Counted from the stretch's first letter, positions 50,791 through 61,033 are shown. The stretch is 64,000 nt of DNA from Myxococcales bacterium (GCA_043747615.1 JAYTOU010000091.1:83925-147924), one strand, 5' to 3'. Made by a program: numbers and translations. The notes: a model not told the origin generated them from the sequence alone.

Positions 50791-52011
50791 TTGACCGGAC
50801 TTTGGCGACGCGTTGCCATGATGACCGCGGGGGTGGTCGTCCTCGTGGGCCTCGCCGTCCTCGTCTCGCGCGGGAAGGCGGGCGCGGCGGCGGACCCTTT
50901 TCGTCCGGCGGATCCGGCCCAGGTTCTCGAGCACCTCGCGGCGGGCGCGTCTGATCCCACTTCGCGCGAGCTTGCCGAGCTGCGGAAGGAGCTCGAAGCT
51001 GACCCGAGGAACGTCAACGTCGCCACGACGTTCGCGCGTCGAAACATCGAGGAAGGGCGGGCTCGGTCCGATCCCCGCTACCTGGGACACGCGCAGGCCG
51101 CGCTCGCGCCCTGGTGGAACGAGCCTTCTCCGCCGCCGTCCGTGCTCCTTCTTCGGGCGACGATTCGCCAGAGCGTCCACGAGTTCGACAGCGCTCTCAA
51201 AGATCTCGATCAACTTCTGACGCTCACACCGGGGGATGCGCAGGCGTGGCTTACGCGCTCGATCGTCCTCAGCGTCCGCGGTGATTATGCGGAGGCCAGT
51301 CGGAGCTGTGCGCCGCTTGCGCGCCTCGCAGGGGACCTCGTCACGTCGCAGTGCCTTGCTTCGGTGGAGAGCCTCACTGGGCACGCGAAAGAGGCATACC
51401 TCCGGCTCGGACGCGCGTCTGAGCGTGCGCATGTCGAGGCGTCGGATCGCTCCGAGCGCGCCTGGATTGCGTCATCTCTCGGTGAAATCGCCATTCGCGC
51501 AGGAGACGACGCGGGGGGAGAAAGAAGGTACGACGAAGCCCTCGCGCTCAATCCGTCGGATGCGTACACGCTTGCGGCCAAGGCCGATCTCCTCCTCGAC
51601 GCGGGACGCGCGCGCGAAGCCGTCGCTCCCCTGCGTGATCGCGAGAACGACGATGCGCTCCTTCTGCGTCTGGCACTCGCGGAGCAAGCCTCGGGAGATC
51701 CTTCGGCCGCGAAGCACGTGGAGATGCTCGGTGCGCGCTTCGCTGCGAGCCAGGCGCGGGGTGACGTCGTCCATCGGCGCGAGCAGGCGCGTTTTCAGCT
51801 CGCGCTTCGCCACGACCCAGCCTCGGCCCTCACCCTCGCGCGCGCCAACTGGGACGTGCAGAAAGAGCCGTGGGACGCGCGCATTTTTCTCGAGAGCGCC
51901 CTAGCCGCAGGCGATCCGACCGCGGCGAACGTCGTCGCTGAGTTTCTGACCAAGAGCGGCGCGGAGGAGCCGCGTCTCGTGGCGCTCGTCCGGAAGGTGC
52001 GCGGCCAGTGA
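50791..52011 (+). CDS. Exported TPR protein of the DUF4331 cluster
   Basis: N-terminal TM; GDPRY-like SDPRYLGHA, TPR helices, HRRE..R, NW.VQKEP.D; start uncertain (50773-50821). Confidence 0.85.
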   Translation: MTGLWRRVAMMTAGVVVLVGLAVLVSRGKAGAAADPFRPADPAQVLEHLAAGASDPTSRELAELRKELEADPRNVNVATTFARRNIEEGRARSDPRYLGHAQAALAPWWNEPSPPPSVLLLRATIRQSVHEFDSALKDLDQLLTLTPGDAQAWLTRSIVLSVRGDYAEASRSCAPLARLAGDLVTSQCLASVESLTGHAKEAYLRLGRASERAHVEASDRSERAWIASSLGEIAIRAGDDAGGERRYDEALALNPSDAYTLAAKADLLLDAGRAREAVAPLRDRENDDALLLRLALAEQASGDPSAAKHVEMLGARFAASQARGDVVHRREQARFQLALRHDPASALTLARANWDVQKEPWDARIFLESALAAGDPTAANVVAEFLTKSGAEEPRLVALVRKVRGQ

Positions 52012-53144
52012 GCAAGCACGCATGCATCGCGGCCATCGTTTTTTTCGCCTGCTTCGTGACGGCGGGAAACGCGTGGGCGCACAAGCCGAGCGACAGCTAC
52101 CTCACGTTGTCGGTAACCTCGGAGCGCATCGACGCCCGCTGGGATCTTGCCCTTCGCGATCTGGAGTACGCACTACACATCGACGAGAACGGAGACGGCA
52201 ACATCACCTGGGGCGAGCTCGAGCGCGAACGTCCGCGCATCGAAGCCTACGCATTCTCTCGGCTCAGCGTCCGCGGCGACGGCGTCGAGTGCACGAAGGT
52301 CCCGAGCGACGAGCGTGTCGTCGAGCATTCGGACGGGTCCTACGCGGTGCTCCGCTTCTCGCTCACTTGTCACGAATCGCCTAGAAATATAGCGGTTTCG
52401 TACAACCTGCTCTTCGACCTCGACCCTCAGCACCGCGGCCTTCTCGATCTCGTCACTCCCGACAACGCGCGGACGGCGATCTTCACGATCAGCTCGCGCG
52501 ACCAGACGTTCGAGCTCGCGGCGAGCGGGAAGACCGCCTCCTTCACCTCCGCCATCCGGGACGGCATCACCCATATCTGGCAGGGAATCGATCACCTTCT
52601 CTTCCTTCTCGCGCTTCTCCTCCCCTCCGTCATGACGCGCGAAAACGGGCAGTGGAAGCCGGTCGCCAGTTTCCGCCCTGCCTTTCGCGACGTCCTCGGC
52701 ATCGTCACCGCGTTCACGATCGCCCACTCGATCACCCTGAGCTTGGCGGCGCTCGACGTGGTTCGCCTACCATCGCGCATCGTCGAGTCGGGGATCGCGG
52801 CGTCGGTCGTCCTCGCTGCGCTCAACAATCTCTACCCCGTGCTGCGCGGCGAACGATGGTCGGCGGCGTTCGCACTCGGGCTCCTCCACGGGTTCGGATT
52901 TTCCGCAGTCCTCGTCGATCTAGGCCTGCCCCGAAGCCAGCTCGTGGGCGTCCTCTTCGGCTTCAACGTGGGGGTGGAGATCGGTCAATTCGCGGTCGTC
53001 GCGGCGTTTCTTCCCGTTGCCTACTTCACGCGATCGCAGCCGATTTACAGGCGCGTTGGCCTCATCGGCGGCTCGGCGGTCATCGCCCTCGTGGCGACGA
53101 TCTGGTTCGTGGAGCGAGCCTTCGCAGTGAAGCTGATCTCGTAG
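52008..53144 (+). CDS. HupE/UreJ-type permease with N-terminal periplasmic domain
   Basis: AWA|HKPSDSY; GITHIWQGIDHLLF, FTIAHSITL, GLLHGFGF, FNVGVEIGQ; 4 nt overlap with TPR gene. Confidence 0.9.
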   Translation: MSKHACIAAIVFFACFVTAGNAWAHKPSDSYLTLSVTSERIDARWDLALRDLEYALHIDENGDGNITWGELERERPRIEAYAFSRLSVRGDGVECTKVPSDERVVEHSDGSYAVLRFSLTCHESPRNIAVSYNLLFDLDPQHRGLLDLVTPDNARTAIFTISSRDQTFELAASGKTASFTSAIRDGITHIWQGIDHLLFLLALLLPSVMTRENGQWKPVASFRPAFRDVLGIVTAFTIAHSITLSLAALDVVRLPSRIVESGIAASVVLAALNNLYPVLRGERWSAAFALGLLHGFGFSAVLVDLGLPRSQLVGVLFGFNVGVEIGQFAVVAAFLPVAYFTRSQPIYRRVGLIGGSAVIALVATIWFVERAFAVKLIS

Positions 53145-53687
53145 CTAGAGCTTGCTGAAGATCTGTGCGGCCTTCTTCGAGGCCGCTTCGGAGAGAGCTG
53201 TCTTGCGCGCGGGCTGACGGATCGTGAGCGTGGTCTTTTTGTTTATGAAGATCTCGCGATTGGGCACGACCGCAAGCGCTTTCAGCGACGAGTCGCGACC
53301 CGCTTTGGCCGCCGCCTCGTCAACGTACTCACATGCGCTGAAGGCCATTTCGTTGTCCGTCTTTGCGCCGAGGCAGAACTTCGCCCCAAATACCGAGGCA
53401 ACGTGCTGCTGCTTTTCGGTGAGCGCGAAGCCCGCCTTCTCGAGCGCCGCATAGACGTCCTCCGCCTTGGGGGTGCCCGTGATGCGATCGCGCTGCTCGG
53501 AAAGAAGCTTGTCGCCGACGCTGAACACCGGTTGGATGGGAGGGACGCTCGGTTGGGCGATGGGGACCGCGCTGACTATCACGGGCGGCGCGCTGTCCGT
53601 CACCACCTGGACGCTCGGCGTGGGCTTGCTGCATCCGCCAATCGTGAAGACAGCGAGGAGTGCGTGAAGAGCGAACGTACGACGCAT
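53145..53687 (-). CDS. Hypothetical lipoprotein
   Basis: AAAGGA SD; MRRTFALHALLAVFTIGGC lipobox; Pro-rich linker. Confidence 0.75.
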   Translation of the reverse strand: MRRTFALHALLAVFTIGGCSKPTPSVQVVTDSAPPVIVSAVPIAQPSVPPIQPVFSVGDKLLSEQRDRITGTPKAEDVYAALEKAGFALTEKQQHVASVFGAKFCLGAKTDNEMAFSACEYVDEAAAKAGRDSSLKALAVVPNREIFINKKTTLTIRQPARKTALSEAASKKAAQIFSKL

Positions 53688-53909
53688 TGAGATGAATCCT
53701 TTCAAAACGTGCCCTTTACCGTACGCATTGCAGGCCTTGCCAGATCAACGAGCTCTGCCGTACCCCGCCCCCTTTGCGCTGCGTGGATCCTCTTTAGTGC
53801 AGAAAGGATGCGACCGCGAGACCCCGTCGCGCGTTCTGTCTTTCATCGCAGCAGCGCTCATTCAGCGCAGCGGCGTTCGTCGTTACCCACGCTCACCTAG
53901 GAGAATAAC

Positions 53910-55517
53910 ATGAAGTTTCGAACCATTGGCTGTGCTTGTGCAACAGCGGCTGTGTTCGCCCTGCTAGGGCAGAGCACGATCGCCCAGGCATCGAGCCACC
54001 GCGAAGCGCCCTTCATCACCAAGAGTCCCAAAGTGGACGGCACGGATTTCTACCTGTTCAACAGCTACGACCCGCTGCGCCCCAACTTCGTGACGGCCAT
54101 CGCCAACTACCAGCCGCTCCAAGAGCCGATGGGCGGACCCAACTACTTCACCATGGATCCGGAAGCGCTCTACGAGATTCACATCGACAACAGCGCTGAC
54201 GGCATCGAGGATCTGACCTTTCAGTTTCGTTTCTCTAACCCGCTCGCCAACGGTGGCGCCGGCGTAGCGCTTCCGATCGGCCCCGACGGCGGCACCATGA
54301 ACGTGGGGATCCCTCTCGTCATCGCCGGGCCGGTCAACGGCACTGATCCATTCCTCGGCGCAGGCAGCGTCAACAACATCAACGTCAACGAGACGTACAC
54401 GGTCAACGTGGTGCGCGGCAATCGCCGCACCGGCGTATCCAAGCCTGTTACCAACGTCGCGGGTGGCGGCGCCGTCTTCACGAAACCCATCGACAACATC
54501 GGAAAGAAAGCCTTCAGCCTCGTTGGAGGATCACCCGAAACGTCGGGGTACGCGGCGTACGCCAATCAGTACATCTACGACGTGAACATTCCGGACTGCG
54601 CGACACCGGCCAAGATGTTCGTGGGCCAGCGCGCGGAGTCGTTCGCGATCAACCTCGGCACGGTCTTCGACCTGATCGACGCTCCCCTCAGCACGGTGAC
54701 CGACCCGACACTTCGCGGTGCCGTAGCCAATCCCATCGCCGGAAAAAACATCACGAGCCTCGCACTCGAGGTGCCCGTCGACTGCTTGCGCACGGGAGCG
54801 ACCGGCACCGCCGCAATGATCGGCGGATGGACGACGGCCAGCGTCCGGCAGGCGCGGGCGATCAATCCGCAATCGACGTACGCTACGCCGTCACGCGAAG
54901 GCGGGGCGTGGGCGCAGGTCTCGCGGCTCGGCATGCCGCTCACCAACGAGGTGGTAATCGGTGTCGCCGACAAGGATCGCTGGAACTCGAGCGAGCCCAA
55001 GGACGACGCGCAGTTCCTCAAGTACGTCACGAACCCGACGCTACCCAAGCTGATCGAGCTCATCTACGGGGTCGCGAACGCGCCCGCACCGAGCGTATTT
55101 CCACGCGCAGATCTCGTTGCCGTCTTCCTCACCGGCTACCAAGACGCCGGGATCAACTTGAACAAGAACGGCGCCACGGCGGAGTACCTCCGCCTCAACA
55201 CCGCGCTTGCGGCCACGGCGGCGGCATCGCAAAATAACCTCGGCGCCGCGGGCTGCTTCACGGCCGCGACGGCGACGGTCCGCCCGGTCGTCGACGCCAG
55301 CGCTGCAAACACGGCCTGCGATCCCGCGGGCTTCCCGAACGGACGCCGACCGGGCGACGACATCGTCGACATCGCCCTTCGCGTAGTCATGGGGCGACTC
55401 CTCACGACCACTGAAGCGCCTACGGGCCCTGCTCCGTTGCACGACGCCGTGCTTCAGGACCAGAGCCAATTCAACACGAAATTTCCCTACCTGAAGACGC
55501 CCACGGGCGGGTCGTGA
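53910..55517 (+). CDS. DUF4331 family secreted protein
   Basis: AGGAG SD; AQA|SSHREAP, DGTDFY, GGPNYF, QVSRLGMPL.NE, GFPNGRRPGDD, FPYL. Confidence 0.92.
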   Translation: MKFRTIGCACATAAVFALLGQSTIAQASSHREAPFITKSPKVDGTDFYLFNSYDPLRPNFVTAIANYQPLQEPMGGPNYFTMDPEALYEIHIDNSADGIEDLTFQFRFSNPLANGGAGVALPIGPDGGTMNVGIPLVIAGPVNGTDPFLGAGSVNNINVNETYTVNVVRGNRRTGVSKPVTNVAGGGAVFTKPIDNIGKKAFSLVGGSPETSGYAAYANQYIYDVNIPDCATPAKMFVGQRAESFAINLGTVFDLIDAPLSTVTDPTLRGAVANPIAGKNITSLALEVPVDCLRTGATGTAAMIGGWTTASVRQARAINPQSTYATPSREGGAWAQVSRLGMPLTNEVVIGVADKDRWNSSEPKDDAQFLKYVTNPTLPKLIELIYGVANAPAPSVFPRADLVAVFLTGYQDAGINLNKNGATAEYLRLNTALAATAAASQNNLGAAGCFTAATATVRPVVDASAANTACDPAGFPNGRRPGDDIVDIALRVVMGRLLTTTEAPTGPAPLHDAVLQDQSQFNTKFPYLKTPTGGS

Positions 55518-55524
55518 GGCCAAG

Positions 55525-55839
55525 ATGAAGACGCTCCACACATTATTCGTCTCGGGCGTCGTGCTCTGCATGGGCGCGATCACCGTCGGCTGCGGTGGCG
55601 ACGACACGAGCGACACCAAGACGGACGCCGGCGGCGATGTCGTCACGTCTGACAGCGGACCGGCCGACGGCAGCACCTCGGACGCAAACGACGGCGGCGG
55701 GCCGCAGGAGTTCACCGAGTTCGTCAAAGGACTGATCTTGACGCAGACCTCCGACAAGACGCTGCCCACGACGACGGAGGACAAGACCTTCATCGACAGT
55801 CACAACGGTAACGCGTTCCCTCCATCGTTTTTCCCGTAG
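55525..55839 (+). CDS. Small acidic lipoprotein, partner of DUF4331
   Basis: ITVGC lipobox; Asp/Gly linker; short C-terminal FTEFVK.LI..TSD..LP segment; 7 nt after DUF4331 stop. Confidence 0.8.
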   Translation: MKTLHTLFVSGVVLCMGAITVGCGGDDTSDTKTDAGGDVVTSDSGPADGSTSDANDGGGPQEFTEFVKGLILTQTSDKTLPTTTEDKTFIDSHNGNAFPPSFFP

Positions 55840-55853
55840 AGAGATCGCGCATC

Positions 55854-55908
55854 CACAAAAGCAATCGGCCGGCCGCTTCGAAACGCGACCGGCCGATTCT
55901 CTTTTGTG
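55854..55908. terminator. Bidirectional intrinsic terminator
   Basis: CACAAAAG.AATCGGCCGG.CGC ... GCG.CCGGCCGATT..CTTTTGTG inverted repeat between convergent genes. Confidence 0.8.
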
Positions 55909-55916
55909 CGCGGGGA

Positions 55917-57332
55917 CTACTTCACCGGAGGCGGCATCGGCGGCTGGCCGTCCGGCTGGATGCACGACGAGAGATCGAAGAAGAGGAATGCGAGCGCTTT
56001 TTCCTGCGCGGAAAGGGTCTTCGAGCAACCGGCGGGGAACGTGTCGTCGATCACGCCGCCGGACGCGCTGATGTGCATGTCGCCGTGGACGACCTTGCCG
56101 CACTGATCGGCGGGGGCCGCGGCGACGGGCGTGTTGAAGCTGAGGTACTTCGTCGAGATACCCATGCCGTCGGTGACCCATCCGGTGGTCTTCATCGCGG
56201 TGACTTTACCGACGTCGTCCATGGGACTGTTGAGAGGCATCTCGCCGTGCGGAGTGACCCCTTGCGCGGTGAGCCAATCCGCAAGCGCCGCACCTTTCGG
56301 GAAGGTGGTGTTGATCTTGTACGGCGCGCCGCTCCCGCCGGCCATTCCGTCGCCTTGCCAATCGGCAGTCGACTGGAATGCGGCCGAGCCGAACTGCGCC
56401 CAAGCGTAGTGGTAATGCGAGCCAAAGACACGCCCGCCATTGTTTGCGTACGTCTCCATCGCCGCCAGCGCTGGCGCCGGCTTCGTCTCGAGATGCGTGT
56501 CGCACTCACAATTGAGAAGCAAGATGTCGTACGCCTTCATCTTCGCAGCGTCACTCCACAGCGCTTGCGCGGGCGGAGCGTTGTTCGGCGAGGGCACGGG
56601 CGGAGACGCATTGGCCGACCCCGTGTAGAGGTGAACCCGCTTCGCATCGGTGTCGCCGGCGAACCCGTATTCGCTCGCCTCAACGCCAATTTTCGGGAGG
56701 ATGCAGCCGAGCGGATCGCAACCGCCGGTGGTGATCGCGATCTTCGGAATGCTGCCTTCGCTCTGGTTCTTGGGCAGACGCGTCATCTGCGGATCGGTGA
56801 GCTTCGTCTCCATGCACTCGACGACGTTCGGAACCGTGATCTGACGACGCCACTTTCCGACCTGGAACACGAGCGGGATGTTCTTCCCCACCGGTACGTT
56901 CTTGAGGCTGAATTTGCCCGTGGCGTCGCTCAGCGTGGTGACCACTGGAGAGCCCGAGACCTGCGCGCCGCACTTGTCGCACGTCGCACCGTTCGGGATC
57001 GGATCGAGCGGCGCGTTCGGAACGTAGACGATGACGTTGTAGAGAGCGAGGGTGCCGTTCGGCGCGTACGCGGTACCCGAGAGGGTCGTGGTGAGGCCCG
57101 CTCCGCAATCCTTTTGCTGGCACTGGAGGCCTTTGCACCCGGGCTTCGGGCCACCACCGGCGTCACCGAAGGTCGGATTTCCGGCTTCGTCGAGGAGGCC
57201 GCCGCCGTCCATGGTGCCGTCGTCGAAACCGGACGTGCGTGAGCTTCCGCAGCCCGTGCTCGCGCCCGGCCCGAGGAGGACGAAGCCGATTGCCACTAAA
57301 GAAGCTGAAACCAGGCTACCTGCATGACGCAT
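55917..57332 (-). CDS. Myxobacterial lipoprotein with carboxypeptidase-regulatory-like domain
   Basis: AAGGAG SD; ASTGC lipobox; SG..YAPNG...LYNV.VY, G.F.L.NVP.G, GKWRR, GGRVFGSH, FFDLSSC. Confidence 0.82.
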   Translation of the reverse strand: MRHAGSLVSASLVAIGFVLLGPGASTGCGSSRTSGFDDGTMDGGGLLDEAGNPTFGDAGGGPKPGCKGLQCQQKDCGAGLTTTLSGTAYAPNGTLALYNVIVYVPNAPLDPIPNGATCDKCGAQVSGSPVVTTLSDATGKFSLKNVPVGKNIPLVFQVGKWRRQITVPNVVECMETKLTDPQMTRLPKNQSEGSIPKIAITTGGCDPLGCILPKIGVEASEYGFAGDTDAKRVHLYTGSANASPPVPSPNNAPPAQALWSDAAKMKAYDILLLNCECDTHLETKPAPALAAMETYANNGGRVFGSHYHYAWAQFGSAAFQSTADWQGDGMAGGSGAPYKINTTFPKGAALADWLTAQGVTPHGEMPLNSPMDDVGKVTAMKTTGWVTDGMGISTKYLSFNTPVAAAPADQCGKVVHGDMHISASGGVIDDTFPAGCSKTLSAQEKALAFLFFDLSSCIQPDGQPPMPPPVK

Positions 57333-57392
57333 TGAGCAACTCCTTGTCGGGGCAAAACCGCAACGGGGGGGTTGACGGGATGTAGCACGATT

Positions 57393-60281
57393 CTAGACGA
57401 CGCCGAGAACGGCGAGATAAGCGGCGCGTACCTCGCTGGTGACTGCCACATAGTGAGCAAGCAGGGCTTCACTCGCCGATCCGCGGGGGCCGTCGCGCAT
57501 TCCTACGCGGCGGGCGAGGATGGCGAGGCCCGGCGCTCCTTCTTCAATCAACTGGCTGCTCGTCGCGTGATGAACGCGTACGCGCTGCTCGAGCTGGCGA
57601 AGAAAGCGGTAGCCGTCGCGAAGCGGAGCGGCGAGCTGAGGGTCGAGGTAGCCGAACGTCTCGAGCGCGGTGATCGCGGCCTCGGTGTCGGCGGTGCGCA
57701 CTCGGGGGTCGGGGCCAAATTTCATTTGGAGCCACTGGGTCGCGAACTCTACGTCGACGAGACCGCCACGACCGACTTTGAGATCGTAACGCGCGCGTCC
57801 CGAGCCACCACTCCGCTCACCGGCGAGCTCCTTCTCCATCCGCATGCGCAGATGATGAATTTTCTCCGGGGGAGGAGCGCCACGCTCGTACGCCGCCGTG
57901 CGGGCCACGGCTTCGACACGCAATCCAAGCTCGGCATCCCCGGCGCAGAAACGGGCCTTCACGAGGGCTTGCCTTTCCCAGTCTTCCGCGCGCTCCTGGT
58001 ACGCGGCGAAGGCATCGACGGAAACCACGAGAAGGCCCTGATTTCCCGAGGGACGGAGGCGCGTGTCGAGATCGTATCCTGGGCCTTCGCCGTGCGGCGT
58101 GCCGAGCAGACGCAGGACGCGCTGGGCCACGCGAATGAAGCGCTCCTGCGCGTTCTCCTCGCCGAGCTCGTCGTAGACGAAGAAGAGATCGAGGTCGGAT
58201 CCGTAGCCGATCTCGCGCCCTCCGAGCTTGCCCATGGCCACTACGGCGAGGCCGTGATCCTCAGCCCTCCCTTTTTCGCGCAACGCGAAGCGCGTGGCGT
58301 GCGCCAAGGTGGCATCGGCGAGCGCGCTGAGCGCGAAGGTGCACTCGCGTGTACCGAGCTCCCCGGCGAGATCAGCCAGCCCGACCTCCATGGTCACCCG
58401 CCGTTTGGCGCGGCGGAGCGCCCCTACGAACTCGTCCGGATCGTCGGCGACGGACGGAAGGAGCGCCGTCACTTCGTCATCCACCGCCTTTTTCGCGCTC
58501 GCCGGATCCGGCGCACCGGAGCCGAAAAGAAGTCGATCGACGAGCTCGGGATGCCCGACCGCAGACTCACCGAGAAAGGCGCTTGCCCCAAAGAGCCCGG
58601 CGAGCCTCCGCGTCGCCCGAGGATCTTCGGCGAGCGCGCGCACGTAAACGCTCGGCGTAAGAAGCCGCGCGAAGAACGCCGCCATCAAGCGCGTCGCTTG
58701 GTCCGGATCCGCCGCTTCGGAGAGCGCTTCGAGGAGGAGTGGCGCGAGCTCGGGGTAGTGATCGCGCGACGCGGCGCCAAGGGGAGCGTCCGGACGGCAC
58801 GAAAGAGACAGAAGATGGCGCGAAAGATCCGGCGAGGCCGTGGTGCCGAAGCGGGTGGGAAGCCAGGCGAGAACCGCGCTCTCGTCCAGCGAGTCGAGGG
58901 CGAGAAAAAATTTCTCGAGTGACGCCGCCCCTTCTTTCGGAGGCGCCCCCGAGGTGAGAGACGCCAGGCGAGCGCCGACCCGCGTGCGCGTTCGTTCCAG
59001 GTCCGCTTCGAGCTCCGTGCGCCCTGCGAAACCGAGGGATCGAGCCATTTTGCCGAGCAACGCGTCGTCGGTGGGAAGAGCGTGCGTCTGGAGACCAGTC
59101 GCGAACTGGATGCGGTGCTCGAGCCGGCGCAGGACGAGGTACGCGTCGCCGACTTCCCTCGCCTCGTGATCCGTGACGTAGCCGCGACTGCGCAGACGGC
59201 GGAGCGCGTCGAGCGTGTTCGTGCTTCGCACCTTCGGCTCGCGCCCCCCCCAGATCAACTGGAGCGCTTGCACGAAGAATTCCGCTTCGCGAATGCCGCC
59301 CGGACCGAGCTTGAGATCACGCGCCGGATCATCGCTCAGCTCTGCTCTGCCGCGCACGAGAAGGGCGAGCATCTCGTCGGCGATCTTCGGATTCACGTTG
59401 CGCCGCCAGATGAAAGGCGAGAGCGCCTCGAGCACCCGCTCGCCGAACGGGAGATCGCCGGCGACCGGCCGCGCCCGAACGAACGCCGCGCGCTCCCAGG
59501 TGCGCCCCCACGCTTCGTAGTAGCGCTCCGCCGCGGTCAGCGCGTTCACGAGGGCGCCCCGCGAACCCTCCGGCCGCAATCGCCAGTCGACCCGCCACAC
59601 GATGCCCGCCTCGAGCGGCTCCTCCATCGTCGTCGTCATACGCTGAGCGATCCGCGCAAAATACTCGTGCAGCGTGAGGTCGGTAGGCTGGCCTTCTTTT
59701 TCCACCACGCCTTCGTCGGTCTCGTAGAAAGGAATGAGATCGACGTCGCTCCCGGCGTTGAGCTCGCGCCCGCCGAGCTTGCCCATGCCCATGATGACGA
59801 ACTCGCACCGTCCACCCGCGGCGTTCTTGGCGAGCCCGAAGCGAGACTCGGCCCACAGTGCGGCTTCGCGGAGCGCGATGTCGAGGCACACGTCGGCAAG
59901 ATCGGACAGCTCGCGCGCAGTGACGTCGACGTCGCTTCCTACGCCGGGAAGGAGCTCGCGCGCGGCAATGCGCATCTTTTCCCGGTTCGCAAATCGCCTT
60001 AGATTTGCCCGCACTGCGTCGGTGTCGGAGAGATTACCGATCGTGGCGAGGGCACGCCGTCGGTAGGTTCGCGGATCGCGCGGACCGAGCCCCGAACGCG
60101 CCACGGTGAGCACGTCCTCGGGCCAGCGAAGAAGCGCCGGACCGAGCGCCGGATAAGCGCTGTCGAGGAGTACCGCCAGATCGATCGCTCGCTCGTCCTT
60201 GAGAGGCAGAAAGCGCTGCCGAATTTCTTCGACGTCGCCGGCGGCGATCGCCTCGGCAAGAATGCGTACGTTCGCCGTCAC
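57393..60281 (-). CDS. glnE: Bifunctional glutamine synthetase adenylyltransferase/adenylyl-removing enzyme
   Basis: Two MGKLGGRE....SD.DL repeats, RLRPEG and RLRPSG, WER.A...AR, KLGPGGIRE and KVGRGGLVDVEF; GTG start 2 nt after upstream stop. Confidence 0.95.
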   Translation of the reverse strand: MTANVRILAEAIAAGDVEEIRQRFLPLKDERAIDLAVLLDSAYPALGPALLRWPEDVLTVARSGLGPRDPRTYRRRALATIGNLSDTDAVRANLRRFANREKMRIAARELLPGVGSDVDVTARELSDLADVCLDIALREAALWAESRFGLAKNAAGGRCEFVIMGMGKLGGRELNAGSDVDLIPFYETDEGVVEKEGQPTDLTLHEYFARIAQRMTTTMEEPLEAGIVWRVDWRLRPEGSRGALVNALTAAERYYEAWGRTWERAAFVRARPVAGDLPFGERVLEALSPFIWRRNVNPKIADEMLALLVRGRAELSDDPARDLKLGPGGIREAEFFVQALQLIWGGREPKVRSTNTLDALRRLRSRGYVTDHEAREVGDAYLVLRRLEHRIQFATGLQTHALPTDDALLGKMARSLGFAGRTELEADLERTRTRVGARLASLTSGAPPKEGAASLEKFFLALDSLDESAVLAWLPTRFGTTASPDLSRHLLSLSCRPDAPLGAASRDHYPELAPLLLEALSEAADPDQATRLMAAFFARLLTPSVYVRALAEDPRATRRLAGLFGASAFLGESAVGHPELVDRLLFGSGAPDPASAKKAVDDEVTALLPSVADDPDEFVGALRRAKRRVTMEVGLADLAGELGTRECTFALSALADATLAHATRFALREKGRAEDHGLAVVAMGKLGGREIGYGSDLDLFFVYDELGEENAQERFIRVAQRVLRLLGTPHGEGPGYDLDTRLRPSGNQGLLVVSVDAFAAYQERAEDWERQALVKARFCAGDAELGLRVEAVARTAAYERGAPPPEKIHHLRMRMEKELAGERSGGSGRARYDLKVGRGGLVDVEFATQWLQMKFGPDPRVRTADTEAAITALETFGYLDPQLAAPLRDGYRFLRQLEQRVRVHHATSSQLIEEGAPGLAILARRVGMRDGPRGSASEALLAHYVAVTSEVRAAYLAVLGVV

Positions 60282-60283
60282 CT

Positions 60284-60973
60284 CTATACGCTCGGGCCCC
60301 ACAGGCGAAACATCATGAGCACGGACCAGTTCAGCAAGGCGTGGGAGACGATGCCGGGGACGAGGCGGCCGTTCTGCAGGCGAGCGAGAGCGCCCCAGAC
60401 GAAGCCTCCACCGACGGCGGCGACCACGAGCACCGGATTGAGCCCCGCCACCGGATCGCGGAGCGCCCACATCGTCGGCACCTGGGCGAACGCATACGGG
60501 ACGATCGCGTAGAGCCACGCCGTGCGCGAGCCGATCCTCTCGGCGATGAGTCTGGTCACCAATCCGCGCCACAGCACCTCGTCGGCGATGGCCATCACGA
60601 TGAGCGTGCCCGCCACGTAGACCGGGTGCGCTCGAAGAATCAGCGGGTTTCCGAGCTGCAAGTAGAGGCGCGCGAGCCAGCTCTCGCGATCGGATCCCGT
60701 CGGCGCGAGGAGCTTCGTCGCACCGTAGGAGGCCGTGAAGAGGACGAGCGTCGCCAAAAATCCAGCCGTGAAATCTCCCCACGTCGGGCGAATCCAATCG
60801 AGGAGCTCACCGTCCCGATGGGCACGCCATCCGCCGAGCGCCGCGAGCACGATGCTGGGCACGCTCACGATGAGCACGAAGGAGAGAAGCCCGGCTCGCT
60901 CGAGCTGGAACCCGAGGTAGGACGCGACGGCAGCCACCGAGGTCACGATCACCAGCCAAAGAGCCGTCCGCAC
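60284..60973 (-). CDS. CPBP (Abi/CAAX) family intramembrane protease
   Basis: ADEVLWRG, SHALLN, multiple TMs; first Glu is Asp and middle His is absent, so activity may differ. Confidence 0.82.
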   Translation of the reverse strand: MRTALWLVIVTSVAAVASYLGFQLERAGLLSFVLIVSVPSIVLAALGGWRAHRDGELLDWIRPTWGDFTAGFLATLVLFTASYGATKLLAPTGSDRESWLARLYLQLGNPLILRAHPVYVAGTLIVMAIADEVLWRGLVTRLIAERIGSRTAWLYAIVPYAFAQVPTMWALRDPVAGLNPVLVVAAVGGGFVWGALARLQNGRLVPGIVSHALLNWSVLMMFRLWGPSV

Positions 60974-61033
60974 GCGCCATCCGGTACCACGAGCTTTTAC
61001 TCCGCTCCAGGCTTACATTCCGCATCACAAGAC

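Noticed and set aside
57372..58922. Long antisense and alternate-frame ORFs (also 4293..5714, 5356..6681, 10567..12696, 15667..17205, 17276..18796, 29165..30967, 61200..62717)
   Set aside because: Shadows of well-supported genes, expected at high GC; Arg-rich with no recognisable motifs
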